From Podarcis cretensis (taxonomy: Eukaryota): 64,000 nucleotides of DNA. The stretch covers positions 59,148,001 through 59,212,000 of the forward strand of contig OX638154.1 of NCBI GenBank assembly GCA_951804945.1, read 5' to 3'. Position 1 is the stretch's first letter, and every line of letters starts with the position of its first letter. Under the pieces are notes generated by a model. That model was not told the DNA's origin. It did no database searches and saw nothing but the letters and a program-made list of their open reading frames with translations. Below, piece after piece: positions 50,075-63,361 of this stretch. The translations under genes were made by a program, and so were the position numbers.

Positions 50075-52171
50075 TAAAAGGCTTATTGTGTAAACATGTT
50101 CCATTGAAATGAAGGGTGATCTCTGAGAAAAACATGCACAGAAATGTGTGTTCAGTCTTTGCTTTTGGTTCTAATAAATTGCTTCTCCCAGTGATCCGGT
50201 GAACAGAGGAAGCATAAGGAAGAGGCAGAATGCAAAACTGGAGCCTACTCCCAGCATCAAGTGAGGGGGAAAAACATCTGAATAGGATGAGGGCAAACTA
50301 AACATTGCAAATAGATCCATATATTCTTAGTAGGCAACCTCAGACGCTTCCAAAGCTTCTAAGAATTCACAGGGCTGTTTTCAGGTTAAGTGGGCTCTTC
50401 CTTACCTGTTTTTTTCTGAGTTCCCAGTATCAGTGCCTTGGAAATATTCTGCACATATGGTGGAATCCAAGACTGCTGGACCCAGTTTCAGCTCCTGCAA
50501 CAGGGCTCCACCTCCTCACATCAGCAGTCACTCATATGACCCCAAAATCTGCTCCAGAGGGTCCTCCCAACTTGTTGGAGATTTTGAAAGTTGTAAAGTG
50601 TGAAGAGGAGACAAAGGTGAAGTCCCACCATGCAAACAGATGTTTATTTCACTCACATATTGATAAATTTGGGAGCAACCCACCTCTTCCAGCCATGTGA
50701 AGGAACACGTTACACGATCTATTCCTCTTTGAATTTACCCAGCCCTTACTTAAATTCCAAAGATGCCAACATAAGATCAAAGGCATCCATAATAAAGCTC
50801 TGTAAGTACTTATTTTGGCTTGTTATAAACCTGTGACCTGTTAATTTAACCAAATGGCTTCCGTTATGAATAATAAACAGCAGCTCTGTATTCATTTACT
50901 TATTTATTTCATGCTCACTGTTCAGTTTTCTTTTTAGAATTATTTGTCAGTAATTTCAAATGGGCACAAGTGTCGCCTCACGGGTTACTTTTTCTGATGT
51001 AGAAATTATTCTCCCTGGAGAAGAACAATATGGGGAGTGGCCTTCCGAAGGCTTGGTGGAAGAGCGCACTTCCAAAAGAGTGCCAATACTTTTAAGCAGG
51101 GGTTTCCATGAAGATACCTTCCTGACTCAGAAAGGGTTTGCATGAAATCACCTGCTAATATGAAGGGAGAACTACCTTTGTTTCAGCAGCAGCATGCAAG
51201 GTGCTTTGAAGTCCTGACTTGGGGATTTCAAAGCACCTGGCACCTGATCTTGTTGTGATGTCAGTTGAATGGCACATGGGTGACTCCCCACACCTGTCAA
51301 ATTTGGCCTGTGAGGCTGATCCAAATAAAGATCTGACCCATGGAGCCAAAAAGGTGCCCTGCACTTGCAATAATGGGTTTTAAGGGGAAATGCCCCACAA
51401 GAAGTGGTGAGCTCCACATTCAAATACTCATCTTACAAAATTCCATTGTTAAAGTTTCCTTAGTGATATGTTCAAGCACCATTCTTCAAAACCTTCCTTC
51501 CTATGCTGCCTTGATGAACCCATTGTGAATACAGCGAGCACTAGCCAAAATATAGTACACAGCAAAGCTCGTTCACAGCAACCGACTGCAAAACCTAAAG
51601 GGTTGAGGAGATCTAGAAACCTGAAGGTTACAATGTCTTCTCATCATATGCCTTAACCCTTTTGTTTAACTTAAAGGAAAATGCAAGAGCATAATTTGAC
51701 AGTAGCCTTTCATATTGCACAAAAAATAAAACGTAAGACATTGTGCATAGCAGTGCAAGGAGGTTTGGTGCAGGAGTTGTTGCTAGGTTGGTTTTTATTA
51801 AGACACATGTCAAAGGAAGGCACTCCCATGTTCAGCTACCATGTTTTTAAAAAATTAAGGAAGGAGAAGTGAGAGTTTATCAATGCCACAGGCTTTATCC
51901 GAGTGCATAAACATTAACACAGCCTCAATACACTGCAAACAGCTAGCAAGGGCATCACTAGCTGGAGAGAGAATCGTGTTTTCCCAGACAAAAATGCTAC
52001 CTTGGGTGAAGACTTCTGGATTGCTTAGAAAGAAGAAGTGACAACTGGAGCATCTACTAGTTCCAGACACCATCATATGTACCAGCACTTAGAATCAGAT
52101 GTCAAAAGAGTCTAGATTTTATGTAAAGCCTTTCTAGATTGCGCTTCATCCTTGCAGATACAAAGGCAGTA

Positions 52172-52413
52172 CAGTGGTACCTCAGGTTACATACGCTTCA
52201 GGTTACATACACTTCAGGTTACAGACTCCGCTAACCCAGAAATAGTGCTTCAGGTTAAGAACTTTGCTTCAGGACAAGAACAGAAATTGTGCTCTGGCGG
52301 CACGGTGGCAGCAGGAGGCCCCATTAGCTAACGTGGTGCTTCAGGTTAAGAACAGTTTCAGGTTAAGTACGGACCTCCGGAACGAATTAAGTACTTAACC
52401 CGAGGTACCACTG
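52172..52413 (+). mobile_element. Tc1/mariner (Tigger-like) MITE, family A, full length (242 bp)
   Basis: TA-cagtggtacctc...gaggtaccactg-TA, with a reiterated internal (t)tcaggtta motif. Confidence 0.93.
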
Positions 52414-52599
52414 TACAGTAAGCCTGAAACTTACACACACTTAATTTGTGCATACAGCTTTATGCACTTGGCAAAAAAAAAAAGAGGCAGAAAGGAGGCG
52501 GGTACCTGGGAAAAAAGATTTTGGCAATCCCAGCTGCCATTGAACCCAATGTGTTTTCAGTATGTGTGACTTTGGCTTTAGGAACGATTGCTGGAATGT

Positions 52600-52880
52600 A
52601 ACCCCCACATAATCTGCAGACTTACTGTATACAATAGGCATGAATAAAACCAAACATGTCATAAAACACAATAAAATAAATAAAACAATCAACCGTCATC
52701 ATGAAACAAGTAAAGGCAACCAAATTAACCAGAGTAGACTAATGTAATGTAGACTAATGTAACGCAAACATAGAAGTTCAGACATTTCGCCAGATTGATT
52801 ATAGCAGCATCTGTCATGGTCCTGTTGTGAAGGCAATCCAAAAGCAGGAGCCACCACCAAGAAGGCTCTCTCTGTTGTGA
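52600..52880 (-). mobile_element. Degenerate L2 3' fragment
   Basis: Minus-strand ERAFLVVAP (RAFSVVAP-like ORF2 end) followed by a T-rich 3' UTR. Confidence 0.5.
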
Positions 52881-55800
52881 ACGTGTAACCAACATCACAA
52901 GGCAGAGGCGGGTGGAGAAAAGAGCTTAAGACACAGGCACTTCTTTGGCTTTGGAGTCCCAAGCCAACATCCTCAGTTATGCACCAAATGTTTTATCTTT
53001 CAAAAAACTAGCTCATGCGTCAAGCCATGGAGAAGGGTGCAAATCTCAGTTTAAAAAGTAATGTAAGAGCTATTTAGTGGACCATGAGGAGACTGACAAC
53101 GATGAGAAATAATACAGGTATGTTGAAGTAAGATTATGCTCCAGCAAAGCAGAATATACTGTATGTAGAAACCCTTCTGCTCTTGGTAAAAGAAATGAAT
53201 ACCTGTTAGTTGTCAGGATTGCCAAGCCACTTTCTAATGGAACAGATCTCCACAGTTGTGGCTGCTGTGAGAATCTGAAAATGAACATGGGCTTCACATC
53301 ACGAGGGAGAAGGACCTCTTTGAAGAAATGGATTCTTGTCACATTCTCCCAGCAATTAAGGTTAAGTCATGTAGAAAAAAATATTTATGTTACACCTACT
53401 GCTTTTGCATAAATGAAGCAAAGAATTATTTAGATTATAATTAACTGTTTGACACAACACACAGTTAGCAGGTATTTAAAGAAGAGAGAGAAAAGAAGTC
53501 TAGAATTTTTTTAAGAGAGGAGTTGTTTCTGCTAGAGCAAACAGATAGACAGCATATGCTGCTGGACCAAAATATGCCCTGTATAAAACTTTTAAAAATG
53601 TAATTCTTAAAATATTTAATTTTGAAAATATTATGTTAAAGTTTTTAGGGAGTGGTTCCAAAGGACTAATATCACCAAGGGAGCAGCTGGTTTACAACTT
53701 TAAAAACTGGGGGGGGGGGGGAATTGTGTTGAAAACAGTTTCTGAATTTTTGCACTCTCCCTTGAAGTTACACTCAGAGGAGCATGTGCAAACAGAATAA
53801 TGCCACAAAAAGTATGTAGCGACAGTCAACTAGATTTAAGTTCATTTTCTGTAGCTGGAGGCCAAAATCGACTAAATTGGTTCTAGTGATCAAGTTTTCT
53901 GCAATTCCCCATTCTGTGTATTAGCTATTTGACAGAAATTCACTGCGGTATTTAAACTGGCAGTCATCACAGCTAACTCAAATTGTATTGGCTTTCACAG
54001 TGTTGAAACGCTGAACTGCAATCATCAATCGGCCAATTCCAAGATAACGCGGTGGTTGAAATTCCCTGTCATGCTGTACAATCCCTTTGTAGCTCACCAG
54101 CTCAGAAGATGCACAATAAAACCTGCAACAAGAGTGTCTGGCAACACCGCCACAATGTAATATGAGTGCGCCTACGGAGGGGCTTTGCCTAGAAGCAAGA
54201 TAAAGGCAAGCGTGCCAACAGCAGTAAACCTCTAGAGAGAGTATAACATTTTCGTTTGGAAACGCACAGAAACACTGAAATTGGAAGCACATTTTGAATT
54301 TCTCTTCTCTCCTTCCCCCTAGACATTTCTTTTTTCTTTTTTTTCAAATTTCAAACCACTGAACCACCACATTAAAAGCACCACAGTTTTATCAAATTTC
54401 TACTCTACCCCAAGACTTGGGGAGAAATGTAACCAAGTGTATAAAATTAATAAGCTGTTTTCTGTTTTAAAGTCAACTTTGTACCAGTTTACACAGCTTC
54501 AAATTAGCTCAAGTTTTAACGAGTGACTTTAATGCATGCTTCTGCAAAAATATGTTGCAACCAAAAACATAAATTAGCGTAATTCTGCAAAGTCAGCCGA
54601 GAAATACAAGTTTTCCTGGGACTTTCTCTTCCAGAAGTGGAACAATGGCACAAAGCGGACAAGATATAGCCCCCTTTCCTCATCCCTATCTTGCCATTGT
54701 CCTATCTTCACAGCATTAATTGCTTTCTGCCCCAAAATTGGTCCCAGGTTCCCCTGTGGTGAGCAAATTTTGTGATTTGCAGGAAAAATAAATACCTTGG
54801 TGTTCAGCTCACAGGGAAATGTGGAAGAGGAGCATTTGTGCAGTCTCCAAAGCATAAGGAATATTCACCCATCCCCTTGGTACAGGATCTACATAGTACC
54901 ATTCTACATTGCTGCTAGCAAGAATTCAGCACACAGTGTCCCAATCTCAAGAATTCCTTTCGAAGTCAGTACAGGTCAACCGTCTCAGAACTCTTATGAA
55001 TCGATTAAGACACAGAAAAACCAAGAAGAACGAACACTTTTTGCTGTTTTTAATATTAAAAATGTTCTTTGGGGAAATTGCTTGTTGCTCCTGCTGCTTC
55101 TATTATCATATAGTTATATTGGGAAATGAAATGGAAGTTACACAGCATGGAAGTGCTGTTATACAGGCTGCTAATGAAGCATGGTCTCCCATTCTCTGAA
55201 GCATGTATTCGCCAAGCCTACTGATCTGGAGAGATTTGCTTCTTATACGTCCAAGTAGCCACACCTCAACCATAAACAATGGGAAAGAAGCATGCAAAGG
55301 AAATGATGCCAGGCTTTTAAATGCATTTCTCCAAGCACAGAATACTGTCTTTTATACACAATAGGTTAGGCACTCTCCCAAATTTTAAGATAATATTTTT
55401 GCTTTCAGGCCTGTGACACAAGACGAAAGATCAACCTCAGTACAGAGTCTCTACTGGTGCAGAGAATAAAGGAATCCACAAAATACGTGCATCCAAGTCA
55501 TGCACATCTATATATATATATGTATAAAAGCCATCAAGAGCGTAAGAGAATTTTTACCAATCATACCGACAACCTAGAATAGCAGTTTATTTTTACTCCA
55601 TCAACCACATTAGTCATCTGTCCATTCTGATCATGATTTGCACAGGCCCCCCGAGTGAAAATCTTTTTTAGAACGTAAACAGCAGTAGCTATTAACATGT
55701 TCTCACAATCCTGCATGTTCTTCTTGGAGTCTCCATTAAAACCTCCATAGTGTGTCAATCCAAATCATGCAGCCAACTATCCTGTAGTCTGGTTGGGAGC

Positions 55801-57687
55801 CTTTCTGAATGAGTCACCGTTCATTCATTAGCTGTTAAGAAGGCTTGTCGTTTAAACTATGTTACATGGAGGCAGAGGCTTAGAAGAAGAAAGTGGGAAC
55901 ACATCCTGGCTACATATAACAAGACCAACAAGCAAACTGATCAGCAAGATTTCTCAGGCAAGACCCTTCCATGTTTGATGCTTGGTCCAACTTCAGCGCC
56001 AGATGTTCTGCGCAGGGGCAGTAATTTAGAAGATTAGGAAAAGGGAGAAACTAGTTCAATGTTCTTTAATAGACTCAGTCCAATGAATCCTCTTTGAGCC
56101 CCTCCCATACATGAGAAATTGTCCTTTTCGTCTCCACAACACGCTCCAATATCTCATCCATGATGGCTTGCTAAGTTCATTATAGGAAGTGAGCTACAGA
56201 TTTCGGGGGGGGGGGGGAACGACCACGTTTATAAGCTGGATACATCTATGATTAAAAGCAACATGGTCATGACAATACAGATTAGTCAACTACTTTAAAA
56301 CCAACAGCCCTTTACAAATAATGAGTATAATGAAAAGAAGGGGGGAGCTGGGGGGGGGAGGAACAGAACATCTTTTTGGTCTTCATAATACATAAAACTA
56401 AAAAGGTAAAGTACTACTCAGGAGTGTTACGAAACTGTATTACACTAAGATTTTTCGAAACAAAACAAAACAATCAGGATTGCGTCTATTTGCTGTAAGC
56501 TTAAAGCAACATGTATTAAAGAAGTTTATGCGAATCATCTAATGCACTCATGCCTATTATTAGAATTATTACCCAGCTAAAAAAGATTAATTTCTCTAAA
56601 TACCGTAAATCCTCAGACACTATTATAAGGCTGCTGCTAATGTAGCAGTACTGTATCTTGGATGCAAGCAGTATCCCTCCACACCTTATACTTTGCATCC
56701 AAGACCTACAGAGGGCATTCCAACATCATTAGAAAACTATGTTAAGCCACATTTCATAGGGGACAACCTTAACTCAGAAGCAACTTCCCAACCAAAAAAG
56801 AGACATGAGAAGAAGTAAAGAAAGAGCCAGCAATCCAAAATGGCAAATCCAGCAACGGATTAGTCACTACGTGTCGCGACGAAGATCCTAATTCTGAATG
56901 TATCCACCCGCATGCTTAAGTCCCCACTGGTGTCAGTGGAAGTTCTATTCCTTTAGAAGTGAGGCTCAAAACAATACAGACACACTTCAAGAATAATCAG
57001 AAACAGGCTTGACACTTGCAGTCCTAAATCTAAACAGTGTCTTGTGGCGAAGTTGCCACACACTAAGCAATTTGGCGAGGCCACCTCTAACTGGGATGCT
57101 GTGTGCTCTGCCTCAGTTTTCATAGTGACAGTCCTATTTGAGAGCTACCAATGAGGAGCAAGTAGGGGCAAACTCCTTTCCCATCCACCAAACTGCAGGG
57201 ATATGGGGCTCCTCCCCATAGCACAACGTGGCCTCTTAAGTTTCTGCTACAAAAGCAAATTAAACTTCTGCTTCTGGGCACACTGTTACGATGGAAGCAA
57301 AACAGACCCAGGGTTAGGGGCAAAGTCGGGTTTTTGCCCCCAACTGAGCCATATTCCTTATGGCAGAAGAGTACTTCTTTCCACTCAGGTGAATGGCATT
57401 TATTTCTCACTACTCTTAAGAGGGCTTAACTTTGATTCAAGGAGGAGGAAATTACTTCCACTGGGATCTGAGTTGCTGGGGCTGAGTTTCTACTCTCCAA
57501 CTATGTCCCTAAATTGCAGTCTAGTTGCCCACGGACTGTACAAGAAAGCAGAGAGTTTGCACCCTCTTCCGCCCTCCCCAGAAGAACACCAGGGCCAGGC
57601 TTCAACCATTGGTCTGAGAAGAAGCAGGCGCAGGGAGTTTGCTTCCCAGCCCTCTTCTGCCAGAAATGCTCTGCTGCCTAGGACTGT

Positions 57688-57810
57688 TCATAGAATCATA
57701 GACTTGGAAGGGACCACGAGGGTCGTCCAGTCCAACCCCTGCAGTGCAGGAGTCTTTTGCCAAATGCGGGGCTTGAACCCACAACCCTGCTCTACCAACT
57801 GAGCTATCCC
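57688..57810 (-). mobile_element. tRNA-Lys-head / CR1-tail SINE
   Basis: Minus strand gggatagctcagttggtagagc..gggttgtgggttcaagcccc..ggggttggactggacgaccctcgtggtcccttccaagtctatgattctatg; same family as 611-728. Confidence 0.85.
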
Positions 57811-60203
57811 AGAGTATTTGAGGAGAAACCATCTGGCTTCTGCTACCAGCCAGAGGGCTAAGAGTGAGAGCATCAAGGGAAGATCAGCCTGGCCACAACT
57901 AGGTAGATGCATCCACCTGCTCACAGCTCACAGCTATCCTCTGGAATGGTCCAGCTGATCTTCCTCGTCTATCTTTTTTCTTCTCCACTCTCCTTCCCTT
58001 ATGTATCCTGTCTCTTTAGTTTGTAAGAGCCTGTTCCTCATTATTTTTAATTTTTATTGGTGCAAACTGTTTGGGGAGAGAACATTTGTCGAAAACAAAC
58101 CAGGTCAATAAATAAATAAAAATGTCAGATTATTTTCTTCCCCTTTAAGTACAACTGCTTTTCTATGGGAAGGCTACAAATCAGGGCACAGAGCTGCAAT
58201 GAAACAAACCACAGACTAGGGCTAAAGTTTTTTGTGGCCCTCTCCCTTGCTTTTTTCTTTCAAGACAGACAGTTTCCTGCTAATTCATGCTGTCACAGCC
58301 TACTCTTCTTCACGCAAAAGCAAGTGCTTTCCATCAACAAGTCAGAAAAACATCTTCTAAAGATTGTTCATCATTAGGCAAAAGGATCTCTTTGGGGACT
58401 TGGTCAAATCGAATACACAAAACCAGATCAATGCCCGGCCATCTGCCAATTTTCTGGGAAACATAGTTCTATATTCCTGGTACGGCTGCATCAGGAGGAG
58501 ATAAAATTAAAAATGTAGGTTGTGGATTTAATAGGAAACTCTCCTTTCAAAAGTTGATTCTGCAGAAGAAAAATGTCCATGATAAACACAGAGCAATGAA
58601 CATTTTCGAAGTTTTCTTCTAGCCTAGGAAATCTGCCTACAAGTAAGCTCTCAAACCTTTTACTAAAAGCTGCTTTAGATATCATCAAGAAGAGCTATTG
58701 TCCTGGAGTTTGTGATCCTCAGAACAGAAACGAGGGACCCAGTTCATATGTTACCAGAACAACAACTCTGAAACCATATTTCTTTTGTCATGTCTCACCC
58801 TGCTCCAGCAACATCCAGAGAGATAAGCAAGGGATGAATTATCCCCCTCTTCCCTGTGTTAGTGAACCCTTTTTCCCAGGGAGCTGGTCTGAGAAGGAAC
58901 CATATAATTCAGGCAACACTATAGCTGTTAACTGACAGGCAGAAGGCTATGGAGGGAGCAGCTCCCCTAATGATCTTAACTTACAAATCATGTGAGAATT
59001 TGATTAAAACCAATGGGGTCTCTTTCCAAGTAAATACTTTTTAACCAGGCTGCTCACTTCCGACTCACTTTCCCCACAGACCACAGCTTCTCACCCTGCA
59101 TATTATTTTGAGGCTCAGCTCAATGGAAACGTGGACAACATTCGGCAGCTTGCTTTTTCCCCACTGAAACTCATCTCCTTACAAATCCTTCAGTCTGTGT
59201 GTTGCAAAAGAAAAAGGACAAGATGCCTTTCCTTTTATGAACTATCAAAATCTACATCCTCCTGGGAATCCATGCTCTGCCATCACAGGTAAAAGCTGAC
59301 AAGTCAAAGTTTATCCAGAGCAGTTAGCTTGGGGCAATGTCCCCTCTAACAGGATAGGGTCACTAGAAACAGCTCCTAACATTATCCTCCGTGGGGCTTG
59401 TAGCTCTATAGTTACTCTCACAACATTTCCCACCCCCCACCCCTTCCACCGTAACAAAGCAAACTCCAGATGCTCGTATCGCAGACACCTGCTATTTATT
59501 TGGGGGTAATCAATATCACATCAGAAAACAAAAATGCAAGATTCTCCACCTCGATTCAAACCCTGCATACAATACCTCACCCTTCCTCTTACAGTCAATT
59601 TTGTACCTGCAGCCCATACAAAAATTCAAAATTAAAGAAATCATGAAGTCTGCATTGCAGTCTTAAGGGGAAAACCTTTGCATTGATATTTTGAACCGAG
59701 TCTATTGGTTCTCAAAGGCTACAGTTCTAGGCCCACTTACCTGGGAGTAAGTGGGGCTTACTTCCAGGTAAACACGCACAGGACTGCCCTGCACAGCAAC
59801 CTTACGACAGATTCATAAATACAAACAGGCCCCGATGAGCTTTAAGAGACATTCTTCTCCTGGAGAAAGAGCATTCCACATTCAAATACAGCCACTCACT
59901 TATGTCAGAAAGTTTGCAAATGAGATTTCAACATGATAAATATCGCCACTGCATCTCTCCTTCACCCTGCTTATCCTGCGTGCCACTAGGAAGATGCATG
60001 GCGATGTAACTAGATCAATATGCACCACCTTAAAGTACTCAAGATAAGTATCTGAACTAGATTCACATAGCTGTGACTTTATAAAATATTATTCAACCAA
60101 GTCAGAATGGCAGCAGTGGCAACACCCTTTTCTCCCCATTTGCTCCGGTGTGCCGTATTCCCATGAGTTTCTAGTCAAAAGGATTAAAAATTAAGTTACT
60201 CAC

Positions 60204-60288
60204 ATAATCATGAAAGGCTTTTGCTTCACTCGAGTGTTCGCAAGTATCTCGCCTTTCCGGAGCTGCACAGTAAAGGTCCCAAAATACA
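60204..60288 (-). CDS. SSBP3: SSBP3 coding exon 4 (85 nt), (C)[28 protein letters not shown]
   Basis: Minus strand ctttgccctacag|TGTATTTTGG...CATGATTAT|gtgagt. [11 protein letters not shown] is the SSBP3 form as I recall it (SSBP2 ERRETCE, SSBP4 DRREACE). Intron 3 is 2701 nt. Confidence 0.95.
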
Positions 60289-61236
60289 CTGTAGGGCAAA
60301 GGAAAGAGAGAGAAAGAGAAGAGACAATGACTATGAACCTGCACAATATACAACACCCCCATACAGTGTTTGGTATGAAGTCTGGCCATGTCAACAGTTC
60401 AGCAGCGAGGAGCATCTATCTTTTGCCGAGAAGCATTCACTTTATCACCTTTGTTCCACTTGAGACTTCCACCTCCAGCAACATCCAACTAGGCAGGCAA
60501 GATGTGCATTTGGGGAAGCAAATGTTATTAATGTGTAGATTCCCATGAAAGTGTCCAAAGACAAGCTGAACTTGGGGAAGGGCCGTGGCATCTGCTTTGC
60601 TCGAGGAATGTTCTGGATTCAATTCCTGCCACCTCTAATTAGGACTAGGAATGCCCCCTCCAAAAACTTGGAGATCACAGTTAGTGACTCTGGAACACTG
60701 GAAGAGATGGGCCAATGGTCCGACTCACTATAAGACAACTACCTGTGTTCCTAACTTTGGGGCATTCAAGCTCCCTATATTTAGACTCGCTCTTTTGTTT
60801 CAAGAGATTTCTTTCCGCAACCATTCGCTTTTGCTCATCTTGCCGGGGCTAGCCCATCCTGCTGTTTCCCCTCTATGCTCAGGCTGAACTTTTACTTTTG
60901 GACCTCTTACACACTTACTGCACATTCAACAGCACTTTTAATCGTCCTCTCGCTAGAACCGAATGCGTCCAATTCCAGCTGTTGTGTTGGTCCATTAAAC
61001 CCGAACACATCTCTCTCTACATATGAAGCCATATTCCAAACCAGAGTGCAATCCATTAGAGCTGTTTCAGTTTGACATTAAATGCCATACTGTCAATACA
61101 ACATTGATTTCATCTTCTGTCTTGGATGTTGCACATATATAAGCACCGCCATAATGGAAGCCCCTTAGATAATAAAACTCACTGTCCTCCCCATGTTAGC
61201 TGCAGTCACTTATACAATTGCTGACTAATCTAGTGC

Positions 61237-61450
61237 TGTGTAGTGTAGTGGGCAGAGTGTCATGAGGAGACCCAGGTTTAAAATCTCCACTACCATCATA
61301 AAGCTCACTGGGTGACCTTGGGCCACTCACTGGCTCTCAGCCTAACCTGCCTCACTGGGTCCTTGTGAGAAACACCTGGGGGAAATGGGACAAGCACATA
61401 CACTACCTTGAGCTCTTTAGAGGAAGAGTGGAATAGAATAAAAAAATAAA
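61237..61450 (+). mobile_element. tRNA/CORE-type squamate SINE in SSBP3 intron 3
   Basis: gtgtagtgggcagagtgt..gacccaggtt..ctgggtgaccttgggcca..ctctcagcctaacctgcctcac with an A-rich tail. Confidence 0.75.
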
Positions 61451-62989
61451 CACCCCTTTTTCTTTTTCTTTCTCTCCCCTCTCCCCCATAACCTCACAAT
61501 GCATATTGACAACAATGTCTCACATCGAATGTAACTAACATGTAGAAAGGACTCTATGAACTGAAAACAGATGTTATGTTGTTGTCCATAAAAATATTTT
61601 AATAAAAACCTTTAAAAAAATGAACAATTTCAGTCTCCCCAGGCATTCAGGTAAATAATGTGGGGTGTCAGAAAATATCCAAAGTGCTCCTGCACGGTGG
61701 CTGTTTTTCAAGTATCAAAGACTCCAGGTGCTAACATATTTTTCTTCTCAACTTTTTCTGACCAGTACTGACTGCATAGCCTGACACTATGCACAAACCC
61801 CAAGCACTGTAACAGACTGGGAAACAATCCAAACAGCATTAACCTGGGCCAGCTGACGGAGAATGTTCTGACAAAAAAAAAATGCTTCTGCTAACTACAC
61901 ACTAGAAAGAGAAATAAAAAACCTTTTAGCTCTCCTGCTCTACAAGTTCAGAAGCAAGCAGCCTTCAACTCCATGCGCTACCTCAACCTCTTCTACTCAG
62001 ATAAACTACAAACCAACCCACAAGCCTAATCCAAAAACTGCACCGCTTACCTAAGCAACATGTGTCCCTCAGCTCTCCATCTTTGGGTGTCAAGCCTGTC
62101 TCACATACGGTCATGTTGAAAGCGTCCTGTTCTGCATTACTAGCAAATTGCCCAGACACATAGTAACTTCATCACATGCAAATGGTATCAATGGGGTTTA
62201 CTGTCAAGAATTGCCCTTCGGAACCGGGTTGTAAGAAATGTTTCTATCACCCAGCATCAAACTACCAATTGCACAACTGCTCCAGTCAAGTTGAAGCTGC
62301 CCACTGGACTATCTGCGTCTCTGACATAAATTCACAAGGGAGAGACAACCTCATAGCAAGTAGCATTGATCAGTAACTCTGTGCAGAACATAGGGGAAAG
62401 TGCCAGTGTTTCTTTGAAACTTTTAAAGTAAAACTAGAAATCTATCAGCAAGACTAATAAAGCTCTTCCCAAGGAAACGTTTCAGGAGAAGGCAAATACA
62501 TTTATAAAAAAATTCAGCGCCTGATCTATCCTGTCACACATTTACACCTTAGCATCATAACAAGGGTGGGGGAAGAAACAGAGCAATAGGTGTAACTTGC
62601 AGAAGTACTCCATATATTTTCTTACAAACAGCAACACATAACTGTCCTATGACTGCACTCTGAATCACCATACGTAAGGAAGTAAAGGCTAGAGCTAGAC
62701 CCCCCCCCTTATGCCTTGATTAATGATAAAGGGAAGCTCAAGCAACATCTATTTTGTATGACTTGGAAACAGTTACAACTGATCAAGACTTTCTTCAGTA
62801 CCTTTTTCTCCAACACTTGCTGACCTAAATCCCAACTAGGATGAAGAGAGGAGCTCACAGTTCAACTATGTCTATTTCTCAACGCAGGAACACACTCCAA
62901 AACTTTTGCCTGGGACATTCTTTCCCACTTACAGTCAGTTAAGCATAGGAGTTTCTATTTTGGGGAAGAGAAAGCAGCAGCCCACTTAC

Positions 62990-63051
62990 CACCACCACGA
63001 ATGTAAAAACCCAGGAGGTTCTCCTAGTGTGATGTTTTTTTCCCATCGGAT
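62990..63051 (-). CDS. SSBP3: SSBP3 coding exon 3 (62 nt), [20 protein letters not shown](C)
   Basis: Minus strand tgtttacag|ATCCGATGG...TGGTGGTG|gtaagt. Not shown in the ORF track in this frame; translated by hand. Phase 0 start, phase 2 end, matching the flanking exons. Intron 2 is 237 nt. Confidence 0.97.
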
Positions 63052-63288
63052 CTGTAAACAGCAAAGGGTGCAAAGAGGTTAGATACTGGGAGAAAAAGAT
63101 GCTTCCTCTGCCCCCAGCCCCCACTTCACCTCCCCTTTCCCCAAACAGCCTCTGAGGCCCAACTAGCAATAAATGGCAAAAGGTGATAAAAAATTCAAAA
63201 TGGAGGCTACAGTGCCTGCTTCTGAAAACAAAGGCCATCTAAAACAAGGGGTGAGGGAAGAGGGTCAAAAGTAAACAGAGCCACTCAC

Positions 63289-63361
63289 CTCTGATAAAAA
63301 GGTCTGTGCTGATTTCTGTGCTCCTACATGCAGCAAGTATTCATACACATACAAAGCTAAC
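63289..63361 (-). CDS. SSBP3: SSBP3 coding exon 2 (73 nt), (K)[24 protein letters not shown], LisH/LUFS domain
   Basis: Minus strand ...cttttacag|GTTAGCTTTG...TTATCAGAG|gtgagt. The peptide matches the SSBP2/3 N-terminus and continues in frame into the next exon. Confidence 0.97.

Larger units (their letters stand above)
1..60203 (-). other. SSBP3: SSBP3 intron 4 (>60 kb; continues past position 1)
   Basis: Donor gtgagt at 60203-60198. No minus-strand match to the expected exon 5 (SAAAAPSPVLGNIPP...) was seen. A very long intron 4 agrees with my recollection of mammalian SSBP3. Confidence 0.85.

Noticed and set aside
52180-52370. CRISPR-like spaced repeats (tcaggtta)
   Set aside because: 8-9-bp motifs with irregular spacing inside a TA-flanked MITE in a vertebrate genome, and no cas genes.
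6845-55816. Enrichment of AP-1 sites (TGACTCA)
   Set aside because: About a dozen were seen against roughly 8 expected by chance in 64 kb, which is not convincing without a proper background model.
57203-57802. Longest ORF in the track (199 aa, + strand)
   Set aside because: No recognisable domain, its 3' end runs through an antisense SINE, and it is antisense to SSBP3. Likely a chance ORF.
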